Shown here piece by piece: positions 48,024 to 62,564 of a stretch of 64,000 nt of DNA (positions within the stretch are counted from its first letter, which is position 1; every line of letters begins with the position of its first letter). The translations under genes and the position numbers were made by a program. A model generated the notes under the pieces. That model had not been told where the DNA came from, did no database searches, and worked only from the letters and a program-made list of their open reading frames with translations. The DNA is taken from assembly GCF_009914755.1 (NCBI RefSeq), contig NC_060926.1; one strand, written 5' to 3'. The stretch is from the human T2T-CHM13v2.0 reference genome, Homo sapiens.

Positions 48024-48919
48024 CTGGAGAGAAGGGATTAAAAACATAGCAACTCCCTGAGCATATTACCTAATCTTTGTACAGTGATTCACAGTGCACA
48101 GAACTGATTAGGCATCCCGCGTTTCATTCCGTTCTTGAGAACAGGACGACGGTGAAGTCAGGATTCAAACCCGAGTCTTCCAGTGTTTCCTTCCTCCGCA
48201 ATTTAGTGCCCGATGTCATCTTTATTTCACCACCTGTCAGCGCCCATCTCAGAGGCGCTTTGTCTTCACTCACAGCAAACCCATTCTTTTAAAAAGCAAA
48301 ATAGAATGCAATCCAATGACAGAATTCCATTTTAAAAATTGAATGTACGTCGCCTGTGCTGCCAAATACTCAACCTCTTCTGTTTTCCCCCTGAAGCCAT
48401 GATGTGCGCACTGTGCAGAGAAGCGAGGGACTGGAGCTCAGAAAGGAGGCGCTTTGGACAAAACCCCTGAAAACGTGGCTCGGAGCAGGCAGAAGCCCCC
48501 GTGGAGCTGCCAGGACCCTGCAGAGCCGGCCACTGGAACAGTTCTCCCCCCGACGCCGATTGCCATCAAGGTTGGTGGATAATGCTTATCAGAAAGAATG
48601 TTCCCCAATCTGATCATAATGGATGCAGTGTGCTGTGTCGAATCACGTCCTCTTTCCTGATTGCGGATAAGAAGAACGTGACTCAATCAGAGCATCTGAG
48701 CAGCTCAGAGCTAAGCAGCCTCAGCAAGCACAGCATCCCTGGCCCGGCCTCCTGCACAGCCCGGCAGAAACGCCACCACCAGTCTAGAGGCCGGTCCCGG
48801 CTCTCACCCACAGCAGAAAGAGCTGCAGACTGGTCTGGGAAGAAATTAACAACAACTCCGTGGCAAACACCCAGCCTGTCGGAGCAAGCTCATCAAATCC
48901 CTGGTTTCTAAAGACACTG

Positions 48920-48984
48920 GACCCTTCCTGTATGGAGACTAGTCATGTCAAATAGACCTTTCCTGTATGGAGACTAGTCATGTC
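48920..48984. repeat. 35-bp-period duplication
   Basis: gacc(c/t)ttcctgtatggagactagtcatgtc at 48920 and 48955. Confidence 0.9.
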
Positions 48985-49359
48985 GACCTGTAGTTTCTAA
49001 CAAGGCACCCTGCTCATCCTAACATTCCATCCACCTTTCCACTGTTGCTCACAAACATTTGTCCTCTATCCATCTTCATTTTCTTAAAACCACGTGTTAG
49101 CCAGGTTCTTACACACACTCAATGTCTCCCCACTTCCCACATACATAGAATGAGACTCGGAGAGGAGACGTGACTCGAGAAGTCGCACGCTCAGAACCTC
49201 AGACCAGCCCAGAAACCCACCTGCAATACCCATGCCAGCCTCTCACAGTGCCCAGCCCCACTGCTGGGGTCATAGAGTGGCTTCAAGATGAGGTGAACAC
49301 TGGAAACAGGTCCCTCGCCCTAAAAGCCCTTTCCTGAGAAACTTGAGTGCCCTCCGTAT

Positions 49360-50075
49360 TTTGTAAAATATTCACCGAGCCCCCATACATTCTGGGCGTC
49401 GTGGCAAGTGCTGTAGATAACAGCAGATTTTTAAAAGGAGGAACAAAATCTCTGCCTTTATACAACTTTCATTCGAGAGAACAGAAAGAAGCATAAAAAA
49501 TAAACAAATAGCTAAAGTGTGTGAGGTAGAAGAGAAGTGGCATGAATGAGCCGGAGAGTGTGAAGAGAGAGATGGGGTGTGAGGGACCCCCCAGACAGGC
49601 TAGGCAGGTGAGCAGGGACCTGTGGAGACACCTGGAGGGGACGTGGGCAGGAGAGAAGAGCCTGGAGAGGGCTCCACAGGAGGGAAGGTGCAGCCAGCAA
49701 GGAAGCTCAGGGGCTGGGCAGGAGTATCCCAGGGCAAGACCGTGGGCACTGGAGACCACGGGCCTCGGGCAGAGGGAGGGGCAGCCCTGACTACCTTACA
49801 GTAGGACCTGTCTGGTGTTGGGTGGGGAAAAGGGGTAGAGTCTGCAAGGGCTGCAGAAGGAATTTTGGGAAGCTCTGGCTGTGGTCCAGGTGAGAGGTGG
49901 CAGTGGCTGGAGAGGGTGGTAGAAGCCGTCCAAATGTAAGCACATCTGGAGGTAGGTGCTGCAGGACGTCTGGGGCTGGATGTGGGGTGTGAGGAGATAA
50001 GTCAGGAAGGGCTCTAGGATTATTGACCCCTGCAACAACAGAGAGGATGGAGCTGCCATTGACGAGAACAGGGAA
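49360..50075 (-). mobile_element. L2 fragment
   Basis: aaatattcaccgagcccc...aacaaaatctctgcct...gtccaggtgagaggtgg...ggatggagctgccattgac. Confidence 0.65.
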
Positions 50076-50352
50076 GGCCATGGAGTGCCCCTTACTCTGC
50101 AGGCCCCACATGGCCTTCGTCTCCCCTGCAGCAAGTCCATGCGTGGTTATAGCGCTTCTACCAAATGAAGTCACTCTCTGCCAATTCAATGTACAAAACA
50201 GTGACACCCTTTGAAAAGTCTTTGTTGCTGATCCATTGCAAACACAGAAAAAGTACCTTTTGGCTGAAAAATAACCCACAGTTATTTAACATTTAGGTGG
50301 TGAATTTTTCAAGTGGAATTCACCATGCAATATGAAAACAAGATTTGCATGT

Positions 50353-51086
<734 letters not shown>

Positions 51087-51269
51087 CATATGGAAAAAAA
51101 TGTTTGTCAATCATACAATCTCCTCACAATATAATTAAGAAATAAAAATTATCAATTTCTACTAATTGTCATAAATTCTACTTCTAATGTGTATAAACAT
51201 GATAAGGGTTAAAGGCCAGCAGCCAAGATAGAGATGTAATTTCCACGAAAGCAAAATGCAGAGTCCTTC

Positions 51270-52020
51270 GGTAGCTGCAGGAGGGCAATTCAGACCTAGC
51301 CCTCACCTTAAACATCCACGCACCACTCCCCCCTGCACTCCGGATCCCTGGCCCTGCCTCGGTCAGTTCCACTCTTCTCACCTGGACCGCTGCAATAATC
51401 TAAAAGGCAATCTGCCCAGGTTCTCTCTCCTTCCCACTTTAATCAAGACCATACGATCCCGCCAAATGTGACTTTCCAAAATGCAAATGAGGTCATGCCT
51501 CTTCCCGACTCGTTAGCACTCCAGTCAGTTTTTGTTGCTAGCAAAATAAAGTCCAATCCCCTTAGGTGGAATATGAGTCCCTTGCTGTCTAGCTCCTGCT
51601 TTTCTTTCGCTTCCCTTGACCTCATTTTCTCTTGCAAACTCTATAGCACAGCTTCAACAAACTGTATGATGCTTCCTAAATGCAACTGATCAGCTCATTC
51701 ATGCCTCTGTGCCCTTCAACATAATTCAGTCGCGCTTGGCATTTGCTTCCTCTGTTCTAGGTTGAGCCCTTCCTCCTCCTTCAAGACCCATCTCATAAGA
51801 TATGGCTCCCATGAAGCCTTTTAGGACTTAGCCCCCGTGGAGTTAGCTGCTCCCTCACCAGCACTGTGGTGGCACTTCACAGGCCTCGGTCACATGTAAC
51901 ATGCATGGTAATTATCTGTGTCTTTGACTCATCTTGGAAGCTCCACTTCTGCCAGGCTCCAGGCAAACACACCTGACTGCCATTCAAGTAACATTTGCTT
52001 AAAGATAAATGGATGAAATG
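51270..52020 (+). mobile_element. L2 3' fragment
   Basis: ctcacctggaccgctgcaataatct...aaaatgcaaatgaggtcatgcc...caagtaacatttgct...aatggatgaa. Confidence 0.65.
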
Positions 52021-53010
52021 AAGTCGAACCCTGGGATACCCATTCAGTGAAACGTCCACGTTTCCTGAGCCCTAAGCTGGGACACTTATTCTGCAATTTG
52101 ACAGTAAGACAATAGGTTGACATAAAAGCTATACTTGAAACAACTAAGAAACATGGGTGATGGGGTTGCTTCAGCACAGCCTTTACCTCTTAGCTCCTTC
52201 AACATAATTCAGCTACGCCTGGGGAGGTGGGTTTGTCAATGAAGGAGCCTGCATTATTATCATTGATTACATTAGCAAGTATCTTTTGGTTGTACATGCA
52301 CGTTTCAGGAGAAAAATATCTACAGACACCTGAACCTCTTTTCCAAAATGCAAAAGTGCTTATAGTTGTAATAATTTTAAACATTTCAAAGAATCATTTA
52401 TTAACTCATTAACTCGGTCATGTATTCATTCTGGCCTTCAAAAAGCTTGTCTTGTGTGCCACCTGTCAAGCTAAGCTTCACGTACACAAGAGAAATGAGA
52501 GCTGCCCCCATGCCAGTTTTGCCTGGCACATTAGGTGCCAGCACAGGAGAGAGGTCACCATCCATGCCATTGGTGGGCAGGGACCCTTGCCTTGCCATGT
52601 GTTCCTACAAGAACATGGTCTCACTGTGGATAAGATCCTGTCTAACCAACTGGGCTACTTTTAATCAAATGAAGTTCCAGCACACTTTAAACACAGCTTA
52701 ACTAAAATCCAAATATCTGTTTGCAAAATTACAATGAACTTTGTTCAGCTTTGATCATGTGTTTAGTACTTGTCTCTGTCCATTCCTGCCAGTATAACAA
52801 AATATCTAAGACAGGGTGACTTATAAAGAACAGAAATGTATTTCTCACAGTTCTGCAGGCTGGAAGTCCAAGATGAAGACACCGGTAGGTTCTGTGTCCA
52901 GCGAGGGCCGAGTCTCTGTGTCCAAGACGACACCTTGTTGCTGCATACTCCAGAGGGCAGGAACACCATGTCCTCATGTGGCAGGAGCGAAAGAAGAGCA
53001 AAAAGAAGCT

Positions 53011-53622
<612 letters not shown>

Positions 53623-53899
53623 AGCCACGTCTCTTACTACTGCTGCATAAGGGATTAAGTTTCACAAAGAATTTTAGAGGAGACTCGAGCACTGGAACCA
53701 TAGCAGCCTACCTTTTAACACCCTGTCGTGTTTAATCCTCACTATGTTCCTGCAATGTAAAGGCTACAAATTGTCTACATTTTACCTTCTTTTATTTTTA
53801 TTCACCATGATTTTCTTTGCTTCTTTTTTCTCCTTAGCAGGAATTTTTTTAGTTATATCACAAATATAATTGGTATCATATCAGAACCGTATGTAATCT

Positions 53900-54600
53900 T
53901 ACCTTTCTTACCCCATCTGCTTTAAACAACTCTCTCTACATGTTGTATACACACACACACTCCTTTTGGCTGAACCATTTGAAAAGGAGTTTCATGTATC
54001 ATGACTCTTACTCCTAAATACTTCAGTATGTATCTTCTTCAAACAAGGACATGCTCCTGTATAACCAAATGCCCTTATTATACTCAGAAAACATAACATT
54101 GACATGGAGATATTATTTAATATTCAGTCCATGTCCTAATTTTCCAAAGTCCCCTGTACTGCGTTTATTATCATACCTCTTTGGCATCCTTTAATCTAAG
54201 ATAATTTCGCTACCTTTCTTTGCCTTCCTTTATTCTAACACTTCGGAAGCCTGGGCCAGTTGTTTTGCAGGATCTCTCATTGTTGGACTTCGATTGCTTT
54301 CTCACAATTCAATTCAGGCTAACTATTGTTGGCAAGAACACTATACAAGCAACATCATATCTTTTTCCACATATCCCTTTAGGAAGTACGTAGAAGACTG
54401 TCCCATTACTGGGGATGTAAGTTTTATCACTCAGTTAAGGTGATAACCACCAGATATCTCTAAGTTAAAGGTGTTATTTTCTCCTTGTAAATAATAAGTG
54501 ACTTGAGGGGAAATACACTAAGAACATGTCAATATCCTGTTTCCCAACCGTCTTTCACCCAAGGATGATTCTGATCTGAACAAATTGGTATATTGTTCAT
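53900..54600. mobile_element. L1MC4/5-like 3' fragment
   Basis: ctgaaccatttgaaa...cctaaatacttcagtatgtat...aacaaggacat...ggcaagaacacta. Confidence 0.6.
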
Positions 54601-54842
54601 TGCAAAACTAATAAGTATAGGTAACTAAAATACCTTAGGCAACGAGAATAGTAGTAGTATACAGTGTTTCAGTAGTGATTCCCATTTATTGAGAGTCCAC
54701 CCCGTGCCACTATAGGTTGGGTGGCATACATGTATTCTCTCTGAATCTTGCACAGTCCTTTAACTTCTGCACTCTTATTAGGCCCACATTACAGCTGCAG
54801 AGGCTGAAGCTAAATGAATCTATATGGCTTGCTCTAGGCCAC

Positions 54843-55301
54843 TGCTTAGTCCCTCTGTGTTGCTATGAAGGAATACCTGAGCCTGGGTAATTTATAAAGA
54901 AAGGAGGTTTATTTAGCCCATGAATCTGCAGGCTGTACAAGAAGCCTGATGCTGGCATCTGCTCGGCTTCTGGTGCGGGCTTTCATGCTGTGTCAAAACA
55001 TGGTGGAGAAGGTCAAATGGGCGGTGGGAAGGTGCCAAGAAGGACTAAATATGAGGGGTGTCTGGGCTTTATCACAACCCACTCTCGGGAACTAATCCAT
55101 CCCCCCAAGAACCAATCCAGTCTTGAGAGAGCAAGAACTCACTCTCTGCTAATAGAACAATGGCATGAAGCTCTTCACAACGGCTCTGCCCCCATGACCC
55201 AAACACCTCCCACCAGGACCATCTCCCAACACTGCCACACTGGGGTCCCATTTCAGCATGAGATTTGGTGGGGACAAAAATATCTTATCCAAACCACAGC
55301 A
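54843..55301 (-). mobile_element. MSTB1/B2-like solo LTR
   Basis: ttgctatgaaggaatacctgag...gggtaatttataaagaaa...catgacccaaacacctcccaccagg...catgagatttggtggggac. Confidence 0.88.
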
Positions 55302-56324
55302 GTCACTTAGCTAATGCCAAGGTTAAACCTGTATTTGAGTTCAGTTCCAGCGGCTCCATGTGGATGTTACTCACAAATCACTTAACTTTTCTGAGTTTCT
55401 GGGTTCCGGGTCCAGCTCCATAATAGGACTGAGTGTTATCCATGGCTCTGCCGTTCTGACTAAAATGACACCCTCCTGTAGACCTGGAGGGAAGGAATAG
55501 AAAGAATGATGGCCTGAGACCTCATCAGGAAGAATCCCTCCAGTATCTCTCAGTGCTACGCAGAGCTGTGAACAACGTCCAGAATGTGCTCCCGATTGCT
55601 ACAGTACAGAAGATCAATTAACAGAGCAGGCGGAGCTGTGAACAGATTCCAGGGAAGACAATTAAAGAATGAAAGCATCGCATGGAGGTCACTCTCCCTG
55701 CTGTCACCACCTCTGCTCTGTGTCCACATCCCCCTCAGAGGCTATTCATCCCTCAACCGAAAAAGCAAAATAACAGAAACTCTAAGCATTTCCAGGCCTT
55801 TTAGATGGGTCTGAAAGATTCATATAGGGGGCCACTTAATCACCATTGAAATCCACCCCAGCTTCCATTCTTGGAAAAGCAGACTTCCCTCTCTAGGATA
55901 TGCAACAAGGGGGAAACATGCTGGACAAGGCAGAGAAATTTTAAAAAATTTAAAAAAATTTAAAAAACAAGCAGAGGGCTCTGAACGCACCCTGTCTCTG
56001 CAGCGAGGTGGGCCTGCTGCATGGACCTGGAGGGCACTTCGAAGTCTCCAATCTGTGGTCTCGGTAAACTCAAAAAACGTGGCACCCACAGACCTTGGAA
56101 CCGTGATCTGGAATCAAGAGAGAATGTGTAAAACATATAAAACAATAGTCTCTAATTAAAGACTGCAGAAAGGAGAAGACTGAAACCTTCAGAAAACTAA
56201 ATCAATGAATTAGAACAATGAAGAAAAAAACTAAGATCTGAATTATGAGGTGAAATCCAAAAGAAAGCAAACCTCAGAGCTCCAATTTAGGAATTCCAGA
56301 AGTAAAAAGAACATACAAAATTCA

Positions 56325-56637
<313 letters not shown>

Positions 56638-57519
56638 TTAAACATATTCTGGAACTAAAGAGAAATCCAAAGCTTAAGATCAAGAAAAGTAGTTAAATTT
56701 TATGAAAAACTATTACAAATCATATATGCAATACATACACACAAATATATGTAATTCAGGATTTTTAAAAATTATACCACCATTACCAATAAAATAACAT
56801 ATTACCTACAAATGAAAAAAATAAAATAGATTGGTATTAAATAAAGCGTAGTACTTGAAAAAGTTCTTTAAACTTTCAAGGAATGTTACCTAAAAAAAGG
56901 TTATAGTCAAACTTAAGGCTGACAAAAAGACCCTACTAGAAAAGAAAAAAAAGTTGTAGGAGTTGAATACCTTTCTTGAAAAAATATTTGCAAATAATCA
57001 ACACAGAATAGAATTTAACACTGCAAGAATGGAATGAAGAAGATATAAAATAAATGAGAGTAAACAATATAACAAGTAAATCACAAAAATTTGGCCTAAT
57101 TTTTAAAGGCTAACAAAAGTAATACAATCATTAATTAATAATATACTGATCAATAACAATATTAATACTCAGGATGTGAAATAATTGCATTTCTGACTGA
57201 GCATTTACTAGAAAGAAAAGTGTGGTAAATGTCTCATTTTACTTGAGGAATGGGCAGAAAGACATTCTGAATGTAGATGCACACCTAGAAAATGAAAGAT
57301 AATCTCTCCAAAATAATAAATAGAATAAAATTATGATAGAAGGTACAATTCACAAGGGAGATATGTGTTATCATATAAGTTACAGTGTCTACCTCAATGC
57401 CACAAAACTGAAAAGAACTTTTGGATAAGCAAAAAGAAAAAAAAGAAAATTACCAAAAAAAAAAAAGAGAGAGAGAGAAAAATCTAAATAACTCTTAAGT
57501 TAAAGAAATAAAGCAAATT

Positions 57520-57965
57520 ATGAAGCCCCACAGAGCCAGTCCTTCAAGATGGCTCCTGAGTGGCTCACTGGGCCTGAACTCAAAGGACAGTCCAGGGCCA
57601 CCTGCTGACAAGGTCACACAGGAGGTCACATAGGAGGTCACACAGGAGGTCACACCAGTCCTCTGCACAGCTGCCTCTACTTAGGGGCTTCCATACCTGT
57701 CTGTTCCTGTTCGTGAGGCCTGAACAAGCCAGTGTACTGTGACCTGTATTGACCAATCAGAACTCAGCAAGTTTGCACCCCTCATTTGCATAAGGAGGGG
57801 GAATCGGGGCAGAAACTTTCTCTATAAAAGAGAAACCCTCCTTGTTCTCTGTGACACACCTGTGTTTTGTGCCAAAGGCTGTGTCTCCCCAGTTTGCAAA
57901 CTGTTTACTGGAATAAAGCCTCTTTTGATTTTCTTAAAATCTTTTTCAGTGGATTTATTGGCAAA
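57520..57965 (+). mobile_element. LTR47-like solo LTR retaining CCAAT, octamer, TATA and AATAAA
   Basis: cttcaagatgg...gagtggctcactgggcct; CCAAT at 57753, ATTTGCAT at 57784, TATAAAA at 57823, AATAAA at 57912. Confidence 0.75.
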
Positions 57966-58668
57966 ACTACCACTACACACTACTTAGAAATTAACAATGA
58001 GGAAACTACACATAGAATTTATGGCATGCAACAAAATCTGTAGTCATAAGAAATGTATAGCATCAAATACTTATTATTCAAAATTAAAAATGCAATTCAA
58101 AACAATAATAATATAATATTTTCATCCTAACATGAGCCAAAATTATTTTGATAATAATTAAGTCAGGAAGAGTGTAAGAAAAACAGTATATCAGACTAGT
58201 GGAAACAGCTATCACAAAAACTGTTAAAGATGAGCTGTTCTGAAAGCTGAATTTCTCCATGACCTTGTCAGCAGATAGGAGTGTGTGGCAGAAGGAAACT
58301 TCTTCCAATAAATTTCCCATGTGTGCTTAAATGCTCTTTTTGGCATACAACTCTTAGATTAAGTGAAAGAAAAATCTTAATGATGAACTATTAAGATTAG
58401 AACCAACAAGTTCCCAATTACTTTTCAGAAGAGAGTGAAAAACCTGTTGAGTAAGGCCTTCCAAAACAGAAATATGTCAATAAGTATCCAAAGTCTTTAA
58501 GTTGTAAGTTTCTTTTTGAACCAGCAATTCCACATTTAAGAATTTACCCTAAAAACTTATCATGAAAGTATAAAAAGATTTATCTCCAGCTCTCTTTTAA
58601 TCACAGCATTGTTTATAGTAGACAAATATTGGAAATAGACTAAATAAAAGCCGTAGGAGGATAGGTAT

Positions 58669-59382
58669 TGAAAAATAAAAAAATCCCAAGGACCCCAACT
58701 CACTGAACAGATCCCCTCCTTTCCAAGAGGACTCCAGAGTAACCTTGGAAACAGAGTTTCTGGCCACGAGGGGATAGGAGGTCGGGCAGGCATGGTTCTA
58801 CTCTCTCACTTGCTAATCGTGATTAGGCTTATGCCCTAAGGGTAAACAGAAACCAGCCCTTTCAAAAGAATCCACCACTGACATCAACCAACTACCAGAT
58901 GCTGCCTCTCCCTTTTGCAATTTCAGTACCACAATTGAGCAGCTTTCCTTCCTGATAACAGACCACTGGCCAGGGGGCCAGGGAGTGGTTCTGGCCAGTC
59001 TAGAAGGATGAAGAATAAGGGCCTTCATGTCTTCTGCTGCACCTTTTGAAAGCAGAAAACTCTACCCTCAAATCAAGCTATCAGCACCATTTTTCTTTAA
59101 CATGGGTCGAGGAGGCATGAAGCTCAATTGCACGTGCCTGCATTTTTCATTTCATAAATATTCACGACTCCTCCTATAGCTTATTGAATATTTATATTCA
59201 GCAACCTCACTCACAAAAAATCCCTGTTCCCTTTGCCCCTGCCTCCTAGTGTCTGTTTCCAGCTTCTGTCTGGAGGCTACACTTCCCAGCCAGTCAGAAT
59301 GGCTGGTCTGCAGGCTGCAGCCCTTTAGGAGAAATGAAGCTCTCCTTTCCAAATTTATAAACCTCAGTGTTCTTCAGTGACA
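58669..59382 (+). mobile_element. MER39-like ERV1 solo LTR
   Basis: TG...CA ends; ctaagggtaaacagaaaccagcccttt...ggcatgaagctcaattgcac...ctcctatagcttattgaata...ctcctttccaaatttataaacctc. Confidence 0.8.
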
Positions 59383-61499
59383 GGGTAATCTGGTACCTCA
59401 ATGTGAAGGCACACTATTTCATCACAGAAAAAAAATACAGTAGAAAAATAGAGACTAGTCTTTATGTTGAATGTATAAAACTGTTTATATGTAGACAAGT
59501 AAGAAAGGTAGGTTACAAACAGTAGGTATGGGATGAATCACTTCAGTCATAAACAAACAAATGCACACAAACACATATGCCCATAGAATAATAACCATGA
59601 ATTTATTTCCTCAAACACCTATCTCTATGGAAGGAGTGTTTTAGTTTTATTGTGGGGCTCCTTGTTTCTTCTCATTTTCTACAGTTCATATTAGTAATTT
59701 GCAGTCCTACTGACAAATATTATTAAATACAAATAGATCAACCCAAGTGAATTTGATAACTAGTAATGAATCGAGTCAGGCTTTATTGTTCATTCTTTCC
59801 TGCCTCACTTTACATGAGCCCCTTAGGAAATGCCAATGAGAGAATACACAAGTGGCATAGAATATGCATGCTGAAATGACTCCTTTTGTGAATAAGTTAA
59901 TCCCAGAGAAGGCAAGTGACTTGACCAGGCTCACTCAGTGTTAGAACAGAACCTGGGCAGAGTCTCCACTTCCTGATTTAACTCAATACTTGGAAAAGGA
60001 CCTGCCACAGAGGACAGGTGTTTTCTTCTTCATAATTACAAAGTAGGAGAGAAGAACTTGGAAACACTAGTCTTACCAAACTGATAACCTTTCTGATATC
60101 ACTGATGGTCCACTCGCCCATCAGTGATATGTAAAATAATGGGAGGACTGTTCTTCAATTTTCTTTAACACTGATATGAATTCTAAACACAGAGATACAG
60201 TAGAATCTCGAGGCAGCATCTTTTGTTGTTTCTGATAAGCACGAGTGCTTTGAGTGTTGTCAAAATGTGGAACTGCAACTCACAGAGGAGGAGGCTGCCA
60301 AAGCAATGAGTTTCAGCTTTGCTGTGAAGTCTGACTTGGTTGAGGAGGGCAATTTGCCCTCCAGGATGGGGTGCAGTGTTTAAAATACTTGTCACACGAA
60401 GGCAGTGTCTCAGCCCTCCCAGAAGCCGCGATGCACCCCCAGCTACAGCAGGACTGCCTTCACTGCTTCCTACACATTTCCCATTTGCTGGGTTTTGAAA
60501 GTCATTATGAAAAGAGAAGCCTTGAAAGAGAAAAGGAAAGCAAATTTCATGGTACAGTCTTTGTGAGCAGCTCTCAGCAGGAAGCATCTCCATGGTGACC
60601 AAGGTCTGCTCCTGGACGTGGAAGAGGCAGTCACCACCCCCTAGGTTAGAGGAGACACAAGTTGCCAAATATTAACAGGAAAGACAAAGACTTTACAAAA
60701 CTTTTTGTGGGTGTTCTCATTCACTCTAACGTCTCATCCAAGGTCTGCTCATGCCTCACAGAAAAGAATGTGACTTAACCTAGACAACACCAGTTCTTCA
60801 GGTAAGACATCACAAGCCATCCTCAGGTGGCCAGCGAGGTTCTCAGAAGATCAAGGCCATGGAAGTTTCTCTCCAAGAGCTGTCAGTGGTGGGGAGATCA
60901 AAGGCCTCCATTCATTCAATATTTATTCAGCAAATATACAGAATCAAGAATCAAGCTGAGAGCTGAGTTCAGTAAGCCAGGGAGTCATCCAAACAGGTCG
61001 CAAAAATCAAAGGGGAGGTGAGAAGCAGGTATCAGAACTCAGCGCCAACTGCCAAGGGAGGGAAGGAGGACCTGGGAGGTTCTGCCGCCCAGGCTGGAAT
61101 CCCAGGCTCTCCCCACGGCTGTGGTGCAAGCCTGGAAGTGACGAGAGGAAGGCTGGACCAGAGGCACCTCCTGATGGGGCACTCCTCCCCACGTGCTTTT
61201 TCAAGAGTAAGGGGGACAGAACTGCAGCTCTAGCCTAGGAGAAGCAGTGCCAAGGGTGATTTCGAGGGAATCAAAGCCTCACTCCCACTCCAGGAAAGGC
61301 ACAGACCTGCTCAAAAAACATCCGAATGCATGTCTGCACAGAGGGTCTGCACAGAGGCAGAGAAGCATGAGAGGAGGAAGATATGATGGCCTTCACCCAA
61401 GGAGCATGGCAGAAGGTACTTCTGGTCCACTAGAAGTCATCCACACTGGCTGGATGCCACTATCCTCTTCTTTTTCTTCAAGCCTCTAACAGGCATATT

Positions 61500-62305
61500 G
61501 CCTGGTCCTGCACTGACCCCTCTCTGTATGAGAGCTCTTAGCTTCAGCTCTGTCGATGGCCTCCCTGGTTCACAGGAATTCCTTCCTGGCTTCCTGTCCC
61601 CCTCTCGCCTTCTCCTCCCACCTGTCCTTTTGTGCCATATGCTGCGTTTATTCCAACTTACCAGTTCTGCAAAAACACTTCAGCTTTGAATATGCTGCTT
61701 GCTTTGCCTTAAATATAAGCCCGAATTGTCCTCCCTACTCCACCTCGAGGTGCACATGAGCCATCCCCTGCTCTCTGCTCAGCGCCCTGTCTGGTTAGCT
61801 GCCTCTTCCTGACATGGAGTGGAACCCCACACAGGCCATATCCCAGCATGCACCACTTCCCTCTGCGTATATGTCTGTCTTCCCTACTGGCTGGGACTGC
61901 TTTGAGGACAGTGACTGTGCTGTTTCTCTCTGTGTTCTCAAGGCTTGTGTAGCACAGGCCTGGCATGCAGTACTAACTCATCATCTGTGGTCTCCATCCC
62001 ATTACAGCCATCACAGAGCTATATCCCAAGCTAATCACTGTGGGCCTGGCATCTGTTGTCCCTGGCATCTGTTGTCCTCTGCCCAGGGACATCTCATGCA
62101 CACAGTCAGACTCTCTGAGGAAGGCCCCATGCCTTTGGCATTCCCCTTTGCAGTCAGCGTGCTGCAGACACTCCATGAGCAAGACCCCTTTCATTTCAGG
62201 GCAGGCCAGAGTTGTCACTTGCCTACTGACTGCTGAGTGATTTAACCGTAAGATCAGTGCCTGTACCTTGTAGGTGCTCAAAGAGTGTTTGTTGTATGAA
62301 CAATG
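61500..62305 (+). mobile_element. L2 fragments
   Basis: ctttgaggacagtgactgtg...gcacaggcctggcatgcagta...taggtgctcaaagagtgtttgttgtatgaa. Confidence 0.55.
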
Positions 62306-62389
62306 GAGGGTGTATGTGAGCTCTCAGACTCTCCCCAACTAGCAGTCAGAATGAACCTTGTTTCAGGTTCTGCCCGGCTGCTGCTGGCT

Positions 62390-62560
62390 CTGTACTATGC
62401 GACCAAGTCCAATAACATGAGACAAATCACTTCACATTTCTGTGTCTCCATTTTCTAGTCTAAAATTGGGATCATAATCTGTCCACATTTTTGGGGGGTT
62501 TTGTTTGAATTTCAATGTAAGACCACATATATGAAAAATCCTTTTAAGCTCTAGAGCACA
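62390..62560 (+). mobile_element. MIR fragment
   Basis: gacaaatcacttcacatttctgtgtctccattttctagtctaaaattgggat. Confidence 0.6.
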
Positions 62561-62564
62561 CCAT

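Noticed and set aside
60096-60130. Resemblance of each arm to the tetO core TATCAGTGATA
   Set aside because: The match is partial, lacks tetO flanks and has no construct context, so it is treated as coincidence.
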